Part shown: positions 23,926-37,900 of the stretch, piece after piece
Numbering within the stretch: position 1 is the stretch's first letter
Layout: each line of letters begins with the position of its first letter
Assembly (NCBI GenBank): GCA_040954595.2
Contig: CM082576.2
Span: forward strand, 2,888,760-2,952,759
Length of the DNA: 64,000 nucleotides
Direction: 5' to 3'
From: Balanoglossus misakiensis
Lineage: Eukaryota > Animalia > Hemichordata
Translations under genes and position numbers: made by a program
Notes under the pieces: generated by a model
What the model saw: only the letters and a program-made list of their open reading frames with translations
Told to the model about the DNA's origin: nothing
The model's database searches: none

Positions 23926-24797
23926 TCCGACATCAGGTGTGATAGCACAATGCCACACTCGCTGACCACAAAAGGAATACCTTTAGGTGTTAATGTACAC
24001 GCCGCCATTGTTATTAAACGAACAGTGTTCATTTGATGCTTTTCAATAAGCGAAATAATGAAAAAGATCAGACATGTTCATCTCAAACTGACATGTCGCG
24101 TATGGGTGAACGCTTTTTTGCAGTGCAGCAGAAATATGAACTTTGACAGCCAGTGTTGGAGCGTGCATTGTGTACCATGTCGATTTTGAAACTGATATTC
24201 CAGCAGAATACCGCAAAACACTTTCTCATTCACGAAAATGACCGGATAACATTAATTCTGGACCATCATCCATGATTATCCCGAGTGCCGTAGATGTTGA
24301 CCACGTTCATCAATCTCCTAACGACTCGTCATTACCTACATGTAGCTATTGATACCCCGCCATGTAATTTATTGCGTTGCTGGGGCGCTGACATGAATAC
24401 AACTACACACCAACCGCCGAACACCATTTCGATATGCAACCAGTTCTAAGTTTCGGCAGAGCCTTTAATACAATCCAGGCCTTAAGGGATACTTCTTTCA
24501 AATTATAGTGAACTCGTGATATATTCCATGCTATTACAGAGCGAAACTAGATAGTTATAACATACACCTACCCACATCTACACATACAAGGTTCAAGGTA
24601 AGAATCAAACTGAACCGCTTGTGTAGCAATTTCACTTCTCGCTCTGACAATGGTATATGGTTCTCGTTTTCCGTTGCTACGGAGCGTTCATCAAAGAGTG
24701 CGCGTATAGAAATTTGCGTGAGAGAAAAATATCACGAAGTGTTTTGTTGGAAACGGAAAAAAATAATCCTCAACCTAAAACCAGTCTATTGCATCCA

Positions 24798-24824
24798 TGA
24801 CGTCACATCTGGCAAATGACGTCA
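24798..24824. promoter_or_regulatory. Tandem full CRE palindromes (TGACGTCA x2)
   Basis: TGACGTCA at 24798-24805 and 24817-24824; function unproven. Confidence 0.35.
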
Positions 24825-27790
24825 AAGGCATGGCAAGTCACAGGGCACCTTTTCAAGAACATTTAGTTATTTTTAGGTTTGCTCAATTATGTGTGAAATT
24901 TTGAAATTTGTGCAGGACGTATCAATTTTCAGCGTCATAGCTGCGGAAAATCAGATGATCCACCAACAAAAGAGAAATAATTAAAGAAACGCGTACATTA
25001 CACTGTTTACTCCAGGTGCATGTTGAATATGCAAGAACTAGCTTTCTGATCTCAACATACTATGCAAAGTTCTAAGACTTCCAATAACTGTCAGAAGGTC
25101 AATAAAGGATTTCAGTCTAGATCTCGGACTCGGACTCGTAGTGTGAATGCACTTTTCTTATTGGATGTGCACGCGAATTACAAAAAAAAACACTGACAGC
25201 AAAGTCCAATCGATGTGTAATATCCCGGTGAGTGGCATTGGGAGGAAAACTCCTGGCTTTTTTCTCTCGGAAAGACTGATGTTACGAGGAAATCCCGTTG
25301 TTCAAACAATCTAAGTTTACATCATGTGTGGCTAAATCATTGATTCAGCACTGACAGAGTCACCCAGGTGTTCTGGAGACAAATCATTCGCTCAAAAACA
25401 CAACACGGATGTCCAACACAGACATGGTGGCAGAAAGTTAGAGTACGTAAAATTTAAGTGATATAAAATGGCGGAAGGGCGATGGCTCAATTGTCACATT
25501 GAAGTGGTATAGGTAGTGTGATGATGCAGATAACACACAGCCCTTGATAAGAATCTCGTCTGGCTTTTAACGAGAGCGGAAGTCAGTTTACCTAAAGGTG
25601 TTCGTTACCCTTTTATGTTTTCACATGCTTGCTTACTGAAGGTGACGAGGGAAAAGCCGTGTGACAGAAAATAGCCGTGCTTATTTTATTTTATCTCCCT
25701 CTCTCCCCCGATCTTGTATTAAAAGTGAGGTCCGGTGGTGCGATATGGGTCACCCCCCCCCCTCTCGTAGTTATTTGGCCAATCGCGTCGCGTCTTTCGA
25801 AAACGCGAAAGCTGTAAATCGCGCAATAAAAGCGGACACTTGGAATTCATAGGAATAGGTGCGACGGAGACTTCACAAACAGGGATTTTATGACTGGGCG
25901 GACGAATATAAAAGACACGCTCATTTATTTACCGCAAATAGTCACTATCAAGTATGTAAATTTATGGCATTACACCCAGAATGCTCTCACCTAATTTCAA
26001 AGTTATGGGACGAGGGAGACAGAGATAGAGACACGCAATGCATTTCTATCTTAATTACGGGTTCGGAGAATCATACAGAAAGGTCATGGATGCTGTGGTG
26101 ATGTCAAAGACACACGACGCGACGTCTGTGTCGCGTTAAATCTGACATTGTCACGCACTTTGAGCGGTTTCTCTCATTTTTCATGCAGTTACCTGCCAGA
26201 TTATGTTAAAATCAAAATTCTGCTCATTTGTTTAAGTGTATGCCTTGCGTGAGCTGCGTCTGTCTCAGTCATTATATAAGATCCAGGCTGTCAATGAATA
26301 GGCAGCTCGTGTATTGTTTCCAAGGAGTGTTTGGAAGCATCTGCTCTCAGCCAGTGACATATCTACCACTCGGGCGCATGCTCACAGCTGTTGTTTTCCC
26401 TTCTTCACTGGAACGCTGCGCGATTCCACGACGTTAGTTCCCGCCGCGAGGCAAAAGTTGACCTCTTTACCCCTTTCCACTTTTTTCGATCTGTTCACAA
26501 TATCGCCGGAAAGTGCGTAGGCTATATCGTTGGTTCCAAAGTGGCACTTGGCTTATAGCTTGTGTTACAAGCGGGCCTTTTGAATAGATATTCACAGCCG
26601 CCTGCATGCACGCTGTGGTTGTGGTGTCCGGGGACCTTTTAGCATAATTTCGGACATAGGCATAGGTTGCCTGTCTTATAGCCAAAGACAATTTCTACTT
26701 CAGTCTATGCTGCCCTTTGAGATGATTTTAATTTCACATGGACTGACTTCTTAAGACGGTTGTAATTTTGAACATCCGATATTTAATAATCTGAACTCTT
26801 TCTCTGCCTCAAGAATGCGCAGATACAGACGTATTTCTTAGACTTTAATTCCGCGACCGTACGTGACTTGCTCTGATTACAAACTGATCGAGCGAATTCA
26901 GTTTCTCATGAAAACCACGCATCAAAGGCCGTGGATATATTTAATATTAATTATCTGGAAGGAAGTAGTCAAAGAGTTCCTTGTGTACCCCCACAAAGGC
27001 TCAATACTAGAACATGTTGTATGGGGTTCCTTTTGTAAAATATTTCCATGAACGTAAAGTCAAAGATCACCTAGATATAAAGATGGTAATGAAGGAAACG
27101 AACGTGATTGCACAACAGTTCTGACAACTATTTGAAGTCTTACTTCAATTTTATATCGGAGATTATGAGATTTTCCCTTCTTATTTTCGCAAATGTCATT
27201 CAGCCATACAAGGGTGAACACAATAAAAGTCAGCCGAACGCATAACTCCACACGCGATCGGCGCGCGGAATACCGCTTTCTAACACGGCTGAGGGGGGGG
27301 GGGATTCATACCTTATAAATGTTCACCCCAGCATCTCAGAGCTGTTCGGCGGCCTATTCTTTAAAAAGGAGGGAGGGGAGGGGGTGACTGGAAGAACGGA
27401 AATGACCCGGTTTCAAAGGTGACCCCTATATAGGTGCTGAATTTTGTTAATCAAGGTAAAAGGCTTAAGACACTGAAATGCGATGAAACGTAACGCTTGG
27501 TCGATCCAAAGTCGTTAATCTACAGTCTGTGCATGGGGCAATGATAGTCATCGAGTTAAGCTCTTATCGTCGACCATCACGTGGTCCATCTAAATTAAAT
27601 TTGAATAATGCAATGAGGCAGCTCTTATCTTGGAATTCTTAATACTTCGAAAGTCTGGGTATATGTTAACAGAATAAGATATTTTGTCTAGAAAGAAAGC
27701 AAAGTGAACTGAACTTATGTGATTCACTTAATATCTTTCATTACTATTTTAATTTTCGATATATTTAATTATTAAATCGATTCATAAGCG

Positions 27791-27866
27791 CACAGATACA
27801 CACAGACACACAGATATATATACTACATGTATATATATGTGTGTATGTGTGTGTGTGTCTGCGTGT
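27791..27866. repeat. Mixed CA/TA/TG low-complexity tract forming an imperfect inverted repeat
   Basis: cacacagacacacagatatatatac-tacat-gtatatatatgtgtgtatgtgtgtg. Confidence 0.75.
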
Positions 27867-29212
27867 CTCCGTGCTGATGAATAGATTAAATATAGAAATG
27901 AAAGATATTACGAAGTGCATAAATTTTAACCACAATTCTTTAACTAATGGCGGTAATTTGAAACGTTCATACATTAAATTTTTCGTATAACAATAACATA
28001 AACCAACTGTAAGAATCAAATTAAAATACCGTATATCTATTTATTGCCGGTGTTTAAGGATACACGTCACCGTCGCGGACGTCAGTCGGTTTAGCCGCGC
28101 CGGAAAGATAGAGCAATGAAATGTCTCCCTTGAGTGAGCTGACTTGAAAGCGTCGGTTGTTTGCTGTGTCTGAAATTTGGCGGGGAAGCACAGGGTAGTC
28201 TGCATCTGTGTTGTCGGATATACTGCCATTTAGGCCCTACATATGCTGAATGCTGCGCACTCCTGTTTGCCGCCAAGCCTGTCGTCAGCCGACATCCATG
28301 CATCCATCCAAAACGCCAAAAATTCCGAATTACTTTGTCTTATCTCTATATAAAGGTGGACGGGGCGAACCGAATGCCATTTGCTGGGCCTTTTGTCGGC
28401 ATGATGCCCTTCTATTCATAAAAGCTTCGCGGAAGCAGTTTTAAGATAGTAAATTACAACATAACGCGAACAGATAAATGCTTGGCAAGGCGATGACTCT
28501 GTGTGATTAGTCAGCGCAGTAATTTTAATAGCAGCCTTAGGAACGAGACGAACCGCCGTTTGAAGTTCCAGTCGTGTGGCCGTTACTGGGAGCAACTTTG
28601 CACGACCAGCCTGACGCTGACGAGTCGGCAAGTGGTTATACCGGAGACGTCAGCTTCGCTACGGTGTCGGTAGATAATTCTTGGCGCTGCTTCACTATAC
28701 ACGGCCTCCAAACATTTTTGATGATGGCACAAAGGCGCGCGAAACTCCGAGTGGGAAAATCTGCTTAGGAAGCAAAATAATTTTATTGCCATTCGAAAAT
28801 GCATTTGATTAGTTCTCTGAGAAACGTAACAAAGGCAGGTTTTGAAACGATTATGTGCGACTGAATGCAATCACCGAGTGTTTTTCGCTACTTGTATTTT
28901 TTGCAGAATATCGACGGAGACGTCGCATCGCGCCAGCACTAGCAATAAGACGACTTTGCACTGCACCCTCACTCACTCAACCGCCAGTAAGCTTACTCAG
29001 ATGAGAAAACGATTATGCTTCGAAAAAATCGCCCCAAATAAAACCGAATGGTCTTTGGAAACATTTTGGTTAGAATCACGAAGGTCCAGTACTGTAGTTT
29101 TTACCCTCTCGGTCGGCAAGTGATGGTGTGAAATTAAATTAAAATTAAATTAAGGTATCCCTACAACATTTTAGCACGTAAATTATTTAGTGTATCTCTT
29201 AGACGAACGTCA

Positions 29213-29600
29213 GTCTCACCCTGCAGGCATCTTCTCGGAAATCACCACGTCCTTGAGGCTTGACATCACTCTCTGCATCGGTAGACCTAAACCCCGCTCG
29301 CTCACACAAAGATTACTCACTCGACGCAGTTCCTGCGGCACGCCTGGCGATACACCGTTTGGTTTCCTCACAACTGCGACTGGCGAATCTTGTATATGAC
29401 GTCCGCGTCCCACACGGACTCACTCACGAGACAAAGCTGATTCCCAGAACACACGACCACGAAAGCGCGCCATTTTGGCTGTCGTCAACTACCTGTCCCC
29501 AGGAGTCGTTGGCTGCATCTTCGTTGTTCGTCTCAGAACAAAACTGTCTCCGTCGATCTTATCCCCATTAACCTCGAGAGCGAAACTGCGCATGCGTCGG
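29213..29600 (-). promoter_or_regulatory. Candidate promoter / non-coding first exon of the GPCR
   Basis: Locally GC/CpG-rich; minus-strand donor AGG|GTGAGA (exon end 29220); NRF1-like TGCGCATGCG at 29587-29596. Confidence 0.3.
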
Positions 29601-29892
29601 TTGAAAAAAAATCAATATTAGGCACAGAAGGGACATTCACTACGTAAATTTCCCTAATGTTTCAATTATATAGATACAGCTGCACTTTTTGGTTACTGAA
29701 GGTTAACTAGTAGCAGTGAGCTGGTGACACGACGATGGGTGGTGTCAATACCCATGCATATGAGACAAAGATAGATTTATGATCGTTGCAGCTTACAGCA
29801 ATTTACGACGAAAACATGAGCCGAGTACCGAAAGGCCCATGTAAATGTGAAGAATTGCCTTCATGAAAACGCGCGCTTCAAAGACTAAGCAC

Positions 29893-29966
29893 GAGAGAGA
29901 AAGAGAAAGAGAGAGAGGCAGAGACAGAAACGGACACACACAGGCGGGCAGGCAGGCAGGCAGGCA
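29893..29966 (+). repeat. GA-rich plus (CAGG)n microsatellite
   Basis: gagagagaaagagaaagagagagag...ggcaggcaggcaggcaggca. Confidence 0.8.
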
Positions 29967-31891
29967 TACACCCCGATCTAGCATAATTTTCAAGTTTTTC
30001 GCTATAGTAGTTTCTGCAAGCCTGAGAAATGGCGATGGGAAACTAGGCGGTTTCTCGACACATGCCAAGCCCATTTCACGTCCTTTGTTTAGTTACTCTC
30101 GGTGAAACACTTCGAACTCCTGTCATCGCCATCGGGATGTATCGCCAAATTGGCATTTTTCCGTTTAACTGAAAGTATGTGACAGAAAACATCTGTGTGT
30201 AAAAAGAATGAACGCTGATCTAGGAATAACTCTTGAGCGTTAAAATAATATTGGTATAACTGACGCGACCTTTACCTTCACCGTGCTGAGTGATATGCAG
30301 ATAACGCGCGAATAATGGCGACCGCGAGACTCACTTTTACGATCAAAGCTTTTTCAGACAGGCTACAGGTATATGAATTAGGCGCCAAATACAGGCAACT
30401 GACCACCTACTAACTTGGGGGAAGTAATATCCCAATGACTAGGGACTGAAACATACACTTAGCAAGTGTTTAAAACTGAGTGTGTTCAACCGCATTCCCT
30501 GTGTTTCAAAATCAAAATCTCGGTAATTATCTTCGTCATTTGGCATTTGCAATTAATGTTACATATTGTACTTGTTTTACTTTGAACAGCTATTATCCAT
30601 GGTAGGCCTACTGGTAACAGCAGCAGATGTTGTGCCCGGCCGGCCGTTGCAGCAATAAGGTATGCGCCATTGTCACACACAAAGAATCGATCATTAACAA
30701 TAACATTCTCGCGACACTCAATTTAATTACAAAAGTTCATAATGCAATATGGACACCAAGGCCAACTTTCCCTTGTGGTGCATTATTAGTTTATCAAGAG
30801 TATTTAACATTCATAAAACTAACATAATTACTCGCTGATTTCGTTACACGAGTCACACGGCCAGGGGTCGTAAATACTGTCTAAAATTAGCCTTCGTGCG
30901 ACAAAGATTGAGCAGAGGTATCAACCGCTGCGCGATAAGAATACATGGCATTGAAACGGCAAGGAGAGAGCATCATCTTACCAACATGTATTTTAAAAGT
31001 AAAATTGACTCAATTTTACGTGATCATTCTCTGCCGTATGTAATTCAGTGACGTCACGTACATGTACTGTATAGCTCCCCAGTATCAGCCGACGTAATTG
31101 CAGTTATCAAGAAAGGGCCCCCTAGTGCGCGTTTGGTTGATTTGCTTCAAGATGGGGCGTTTGTATATAGCATCGATCGTAAGTGGATCGGCGAAAAATG
31201 AATCAGGGTAATATAATTGCCGTGTGGAAGAACAAAATATCAGCTGGCAATTTCACATGCCGAGCCATGTGCTGAGAAAATTGCAGGAGCGGAGTCGCCA
31301 TCTTTTGACATTATCTTTTAGTCATGTTGTGTCATATATCATGAGACATTTGTATATTCTTTTTTTACACAGTACATGAATCATTACAGCTATATTCTCG
31401 CTCTCCATGTTGAAATTGCGTAAAATATACTGATGACGTAATGCATATGACAGGTACCAGAAATTAGACGATATGTTGAGACGTGGTGTTGTGTGTACTA
31501 CTCGCTGAGACCAAGTGATGGTGCGCCAAGACGTTCAATAACGTACTGCTCGCACGAAAGGAAACCAAAAATTACATTGCTAGAATTGAACATTTTGAAA
31601 CAAAAAGCCGCGCACATGAAAACCAAAGCGAAGGAAGGTCAAGTATTCGAAACTGAAATTGTTGACAATGTCGCCGTGACGGTTCAGCAGAGCTCCCCTG
31701 CAGACTTACACGTCTCCCGCTAATCGACCGGCAGAAGTTTAATGCTCCATGCTGACACTTGAACTTCAGCCGTCAAATATTAGGCGTTTACACGGATCTT
31801 AATGACATTTACTTACAGTGCGAAAAACCAGTCAATCGCTCTCTTTGCATTAAGGGTTCCGTGAGTTGCCATTCCAAAGGAAAGGGAAACG

Positions 31892-31905
31892 GTTACCATG
31901 GTAAC
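31892..31905. promoter_or_regulatory. Perfect palindromic RFX X-box
   Basis: GTTACCATGGTAAC matches GTTNCCATGGNAAC. Confidence 0.55.
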
Positions 31906-34900
31906 GTTGTCGATTAAGTTGCCAACGGCTCAATTAAGCAATATTGTGGTCGTGTGACTAAAATGTTCAGCATTGGCGATGCTGTGGGGACCGACACCGA
32001 ACGTTTAACATTTCCGATTTGTCGACAGAATTCTGGAGAAGTAAATATAGTCTGTGAATCGAGCACATTATACGAGCGTATAATTCTATTTTCCTCGCTT
32101 AAACACGGGCGCTCTTGACAGGGCCTCCATGGCAACTGGCCGAAGTGTGAGAGAATGTAATTCTACCCGCCCATATATCTGCAATATGGCATTGTATTTT
32201 ATATTGATTTCCACTCGAATAAGCTGAAAAACAGTTGTTCAAGACTTCGAATTACCCCCGCGCGAAAACAAAGTTAATGAATAATATGATTTACAAAGTA
32301 GGAGTAAATCGTTCGTTGGCATTTCTTGGGTGCCAGGGCTCATAAAATTGAGAGAGTTGCGACACGCAGAAGTGGCCTTCCCTTCGGGATTGGAGAAAGG
32401 CATACGTACACAGAAAAAGAAAGGAAGCAGACGACAGATACGCAAGTTTGATATTTACGTCAGCTACCGACTTGCGTTCAGCGCCAAATGTGCAAGTTAG
32501 TCCATAAGGACACATGACCAAGCGCGTAAACTTTGAGAAAACTCCGACGGGATTAAATTAAAGCTAGAACGGGCTGAATTGTGCTAAGCCGCGCGCGCAC
32601 TCATCTTTCTCCCAGATTGATATTAAAATCCGAATCAATCACCAGTCAGATTTTGGGAGCTCCCGACAAGTCCAAGTCTCCGGGCTTTGATTTCAACAGG
32701 TATAGTCTGCACAAACCGAAACGCGGGAAAACTCTTTCGTGCCGTCTAATACAGACCTGTCAAATCAAATTTGGCGTGCGGGCCAGAGGTTAAAATAGCT
32801 TCTGTAGTGTTTGGAATTCATTATTCAAGATGGCGTGGCCGCTAATAAATATTCCATTTGCGGAGGAATTTGGACAATTACGCCAGACAGCTTAAGCGAT
32901 TTGTTCTTTTTACTGAAATCAAAACGAAAGAAACAAACGCAAGTATTCATATCAAGAAAAGCGAGTAAACAGGGTATTTATAACACGGAAAAACACTATA
33001 TTGCTTAATCTAACTGTGAGATTCAATTTCTAGGCATATGGATAGATGTATGCCTGCCACTTGCTCTTGTGTATGCAATTTGGTGAACATCGGTTCTCAA
33101 TATTGCAAAACAACTTTTTTAGTTTTGTAAATTGACTAATGTAAATTTATCATTAAGTAAACATTCAGCCTGACTATCTTGTAGTGAATACTGCACACAC
33201 ATACATACGCACTCACAAAGGCTGTTTAATTATTATATATGTGATATAGCCAGCCTACTTGCGCACCTGATAGTAAACACGTCAAAAGACATAACACAAG
33301 GTTGTTCATGAATGTAAGACGAAATGAAATATGCTTCCAACGGCACCCTTATTGACTCTTACTTTAATTGCCATTCATTTCAATATGATATCAATGTTTC
33401 CATACATGATTTTTTACGATTTCGCCCATAAAAATATAAGGTGTGGTATAAATCACAAAGTGCCTGAATCTGGGTCAGAGCTGGAAAGTGCTCAGCGGAC
33501 AATTTTCCTAAATGCATGAAATTGAGATAATATCAGCCAAGAATTCCCTAGATACCACCGGATGAAATTTATGATAGAAATCTTAAGCGCAAAAAACCAA
33601 ATCAGCGAGATATACCTTAAAGACCCTTTCGGGTCAAAGGTTAGGTGAAGAACGCTGGGTGAGGTTGACAGCTTTCTCGAATACACGGATGGACGGCTTG
33701 AGATGACGAGTTGTACAAACGGATTAAAAGGTATATATGGGAAGCAATCACTGGGCTTCGGAAGTGTACACGTTAGACAGAGAGAAAAGATGATTTGAGC
33801 TGAAGGATCAAGCGCTTTCGTATCTCACTTATAGTCAAAAGGTCGCGCGCACTTTTGCTTCGATCGAAAGAAAAAAATGACATTGATCTGGGATTTCCAA
33901 CGATGTTATTTCACTATTTGTTATTGCAAGATGTATCCTGAGAGCTTTCCTTGTGTATCTGTAATCCTTGTCAATTGATACTGTCAGATTGTCCGATGTG
34001 TGTCACGCGTGGACGTGTGTGGGTGGGTGTTTTGACGAGATCACGTAAAGAGACCTTGCGGGCGTTACCGGTGTCACCGTTCAAGTCTTGATAATATACC
34101 ACGTGCGGCTATGGATATACTGAAGAGCAGCGCCATCGTTAAACTGACAATTTAAGGATTCGAATATTCAGCAATCACCGTAAATATCGAATACCCATCA
34201 CTTAAACGTTTTCGTATAATGCGCGTGTCCCAGTGGTTCAAATTGACAGATGAACAGACGCACCAGGTTTATCATGAGCTCAGCGGATGGCCAAGGTTCC
34301 GCGACGTATTCCACGAACTATAACCGCTGGTCCGGAATCTATAAACGCAGGTTTATTTATTTCAATAAAGCGAAGCAAACGTGCTGCTCTATTCTAACAC
34401 GCTTGGTTAGAATCTCAGTGTTGGGGTATTTCTCACGTATCAGAACACTATGAAATACCAAGGCAATTTAACAGACAATCTGCACTTTTCCTCGAGGCCA
34501 CTGCGAGCACCTGCAAACGTGAAGAGCAGTCTCCAAGACTCGCAGACCTTGAACCAGCTATACAGAATCAATTTAGAAGCCGCCATTGACCTTTGGCAGC
34601 ACGAACTTCCAGCTATAAAACATTCATTTCTGTCAACTTCATTCAGGAACAACGCATACTTCGCAGGCGGCGGAAATATGCACCAAAAAACCATCAGAGT
34701 TCTTGGCAGCATTTGTTCTCGTCTGCTCCAGGAAACGAGCGGAAGGAAGAAAGTGTTTTTCTTCCGATTTTGACCGACCTATATTGCTGAAATAATGTAA
34801 TGTGCCAGGTAATCGCATAATGTCTTTAACAATTATTGCTGTATGGTCACTTTAACATGACAAATACTATTCAAATGATTAAATATACACAAAAAGACAA

Positions 34901-37900
34901 TAAATCAATGGCATCTATTAATATAAACACACCAAGTTAAAAGTCTCGAGCTGCCATTTTAGTAAGTGGCGTACTTATTTTTGATTAAAAGAAAAGACTT
35001 TCTATCAATCGTTTAGGCGGTGAAATAATAATGCTTTCATTAACAGCATCAAGTCGCGTGGAAACATGAAATCTCAATGATTATTTCATTTGTTTTCTTT
35101 CCCCCTCAGCCTTCAATAATACAGGTAACACGTGCAAATGCGTTTTACTTCTAGATTTGTGCCAATCAAAGAGTCGCTGAATGTGACTCAAATTTGGAGC
35201 AATTTTGACCTATACGCACGTCGAATTTTTGTTTGAATACACTTGATTAAGGAATAAACTGACAAATGCCAACGCCTAAGCTGATTACACTCATTTCAAT
35301 TAAATAAAGTAAATCCGTGCAAGGAATTAATTACAGTATACGACCGCAGTAACTGTACAGAGAGGGGGCGCGCAGGGGAAAGAAAGATTAACGCGTCATT
35401 TCGATATCGCCATATCACAGATGCTTTTTGAGACAGTGACTGTAAGAGTTGTCATTTTAAACTGGAGCTTCTTATTCTACCCCTTAAAGCATGATCAAAG
35501 CCTTGTTTTCCATTTTGTTAACACAGCCTGAATACGGTTACGTCCAGTGCTGCGTTTATAAATAAATCCAGGGTCGCTACCTGGGGTAGATACCACAATT
35601 TTACACCCAGAAAAAAATAAACAAATAATATAATTGCCAAATATTTAAGCTATTGTCCATTTCATGTTTATTACATAATATGTCTGCAATGAACCTTCTG
35701 TTCCTGAACCAGGCTTTAAAATGTTGTAATTTTGAACACGTGAGTTGAATCAATAATTTGTTTTGGAGCTGAAAATGTATACATACGGCTCGACAAATAT
35801 TTGTACAATGAAACGCAGCAGACTTTTGAACAGAATGTACGACACATTATAGCCGTGCCGTAATAGATTTCGCAACAAATAGGCCACTTGACTTGCTACA
35901 AATAACATCCAACCACTGCACCGATGCAATCACTGTTTTCCCGAGAATGAATGAATAAATAGCAATTTAGTGTTTGAGATTTACGTGACGTGAAATCTAA
36001 CTTTTTTTGGAAAGGCAACGCGACGGTTGGCGAAACTGTTGTTTCATTTGCGCGACGATGGTGATTATTTCCACCCTTGAGAGTAGCCCGGATGCAGAGG
36101 TGTTTCCATCGTCATGGCTTTGTATCGAACCAGTGGGGCGATTACATGCACATTAGAGCGGGAGACAGTGATGCAACATGGCGTCCAATGCCCGGACAGT
36201 TTTGTCCAATTTTCGGACAATGCCCCCTCTCATTTAACTCGCCAGGAACAGCCCGCACCCGTCGTTGTATACTGACCCGTAATAATGGAGTCTCATTTCC
36301 TATTATTCCTAATATTTTTGTAGAAGACAAAAACACATACGTAGGTGACTTTTTGTGGCTTGAACTGGAAGTTGACCAAAGACACGTTTTTGGAACATTC
36401 AGATGTCCCCGAACAACGGCAGCAAATCGTGTTAGAAGATTGCGACTCTCAATAGTCGCTCCCCGTAGAGCAGAGTTTGATATGCCGCAGCGCTTAATAA
36501 TCCTCATCCCGCATGCATGATTGAAAACCCTGTCTGCCGCATCATATCGTTCGGGTTTGATAACAAGCACTTCACATCAGGAGAAATCAGCGTTAAAGTC
36601 AAATATGTGTGCCCAGAATATCAGCACACACACATACATACATGCACAAACACGGCGTCTATACACTGGCTAATAGACTCGATTCTTCGGCTTTGGGCGC
36701 TGGCTGGATACAACCGTGCAAGATACGCTTCGAATAATGATGGGTTTACTGCCGTATACCTTTAATCATGATTAGAACGTTCTCACTCACTCCAGCTTGC
36801 AAGAAAAAGCCGCCCTTTTCGCAGACAAAGCAATTCAAACATTACACCGCGCACGAGCCCTCTCCCTTAATAAGCAAAATATTTGCCGCCTAATCTACAG
36901 GATTGAGGTTTTGTGCAATTTTTGAAATTAAACGCCTTCGTAAGCGAATCCTTTTAATATAATCAAACCAATGATTATTTCTGCGAGAGGCGCTGCAACG
37001 TCGGTTTGGAAATGACACGCCCGACCGGCCTCCAATCTTTCCCAGTTGTTTATACTCATGGAAATTATTACATTAGCCAAAAAAAATCATTTTCAGGTCC
37101 GTAACCAGCAGCCGACAATATTTGTTCATCATACGACGCTATTGTGAGGATTGTTGAATTACTTATTCTATGAACTGGTGTGTTTATATTGCAAAAATGG
37201 GAATTCTGGGAAAACCAAAAACGTCACGATGATGTTTGACGTTGCAGTTTGTTTCTAAGAGAAGGCGTGCGTTTCCGATTTGTGTGAATGGATTCCAGTC
37301 ACTTAATGTACTGGAATAGTGGTCTCAAAATTGTCACGTTTTCCCTTCACATCGCCGGAAGCACGAAAGTATCTGCGTTAGATGTGCTGTCGTTTGGAAA
37401 TATTCCTTCAGTTGCTCTGCAGTAAAAGGACGGCAAAGCTGCGTGTGATATTCGTATGCTTCAACCACGACAACAATGTCAATGGAGTATGTTTGTGAAA
37501 CGGTTAGACAAGGTCGTTTTAACCACAGGTACATGCATGATCTAATCAAGTTTTATTGAAATCATGCTGAATGTTCGAAATGACGAACGCGTCTCAGTAC
37601 TCCGTTCTCAAGGAATTTTCTCAAGGTCGTACTCGTACATGTGCCTTTCCACTGATATGCCGTATGTAATTTGTGACGTGGAAAATGCGTGAAACATGTA
37701 TTCACAGGAACGAACGAGGCGTATGTATGCGTGATCGCGAGTATCAATAATTGCGTATATGCTCCCTGTTCCAATTAACTTGAGATGTAGGTCCGCACAA
37801 TTCAAACCGCGCCAATGTCATGCGCAGTCGCGCTCACCGAGGTATAGGGCACGCGTAAGTGGCTTGTGCGTCCACACCAACAAAACTCATTTCACGACGA

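Noticed and set aside
23886-24032. 49-aa N-terminal extension of the GPCR ORF
   Set aside because: Runs through a polypyrimidine tract and splice acceptor; most likely intron plus 5' UTR.
25344-25361. REST/RE1-like ttcagcactgacagagtc
   Set aside because: Half-site spacing and the GGACAG core do not match the RE1 consensus.
36077-36570. Overlapping 147-aa and 142-aa ORFs (similarly 34440-34790 and 51355-51788)
   Set aside because: No recognisable domain, often non-ATG starts, and no convincing splice context.
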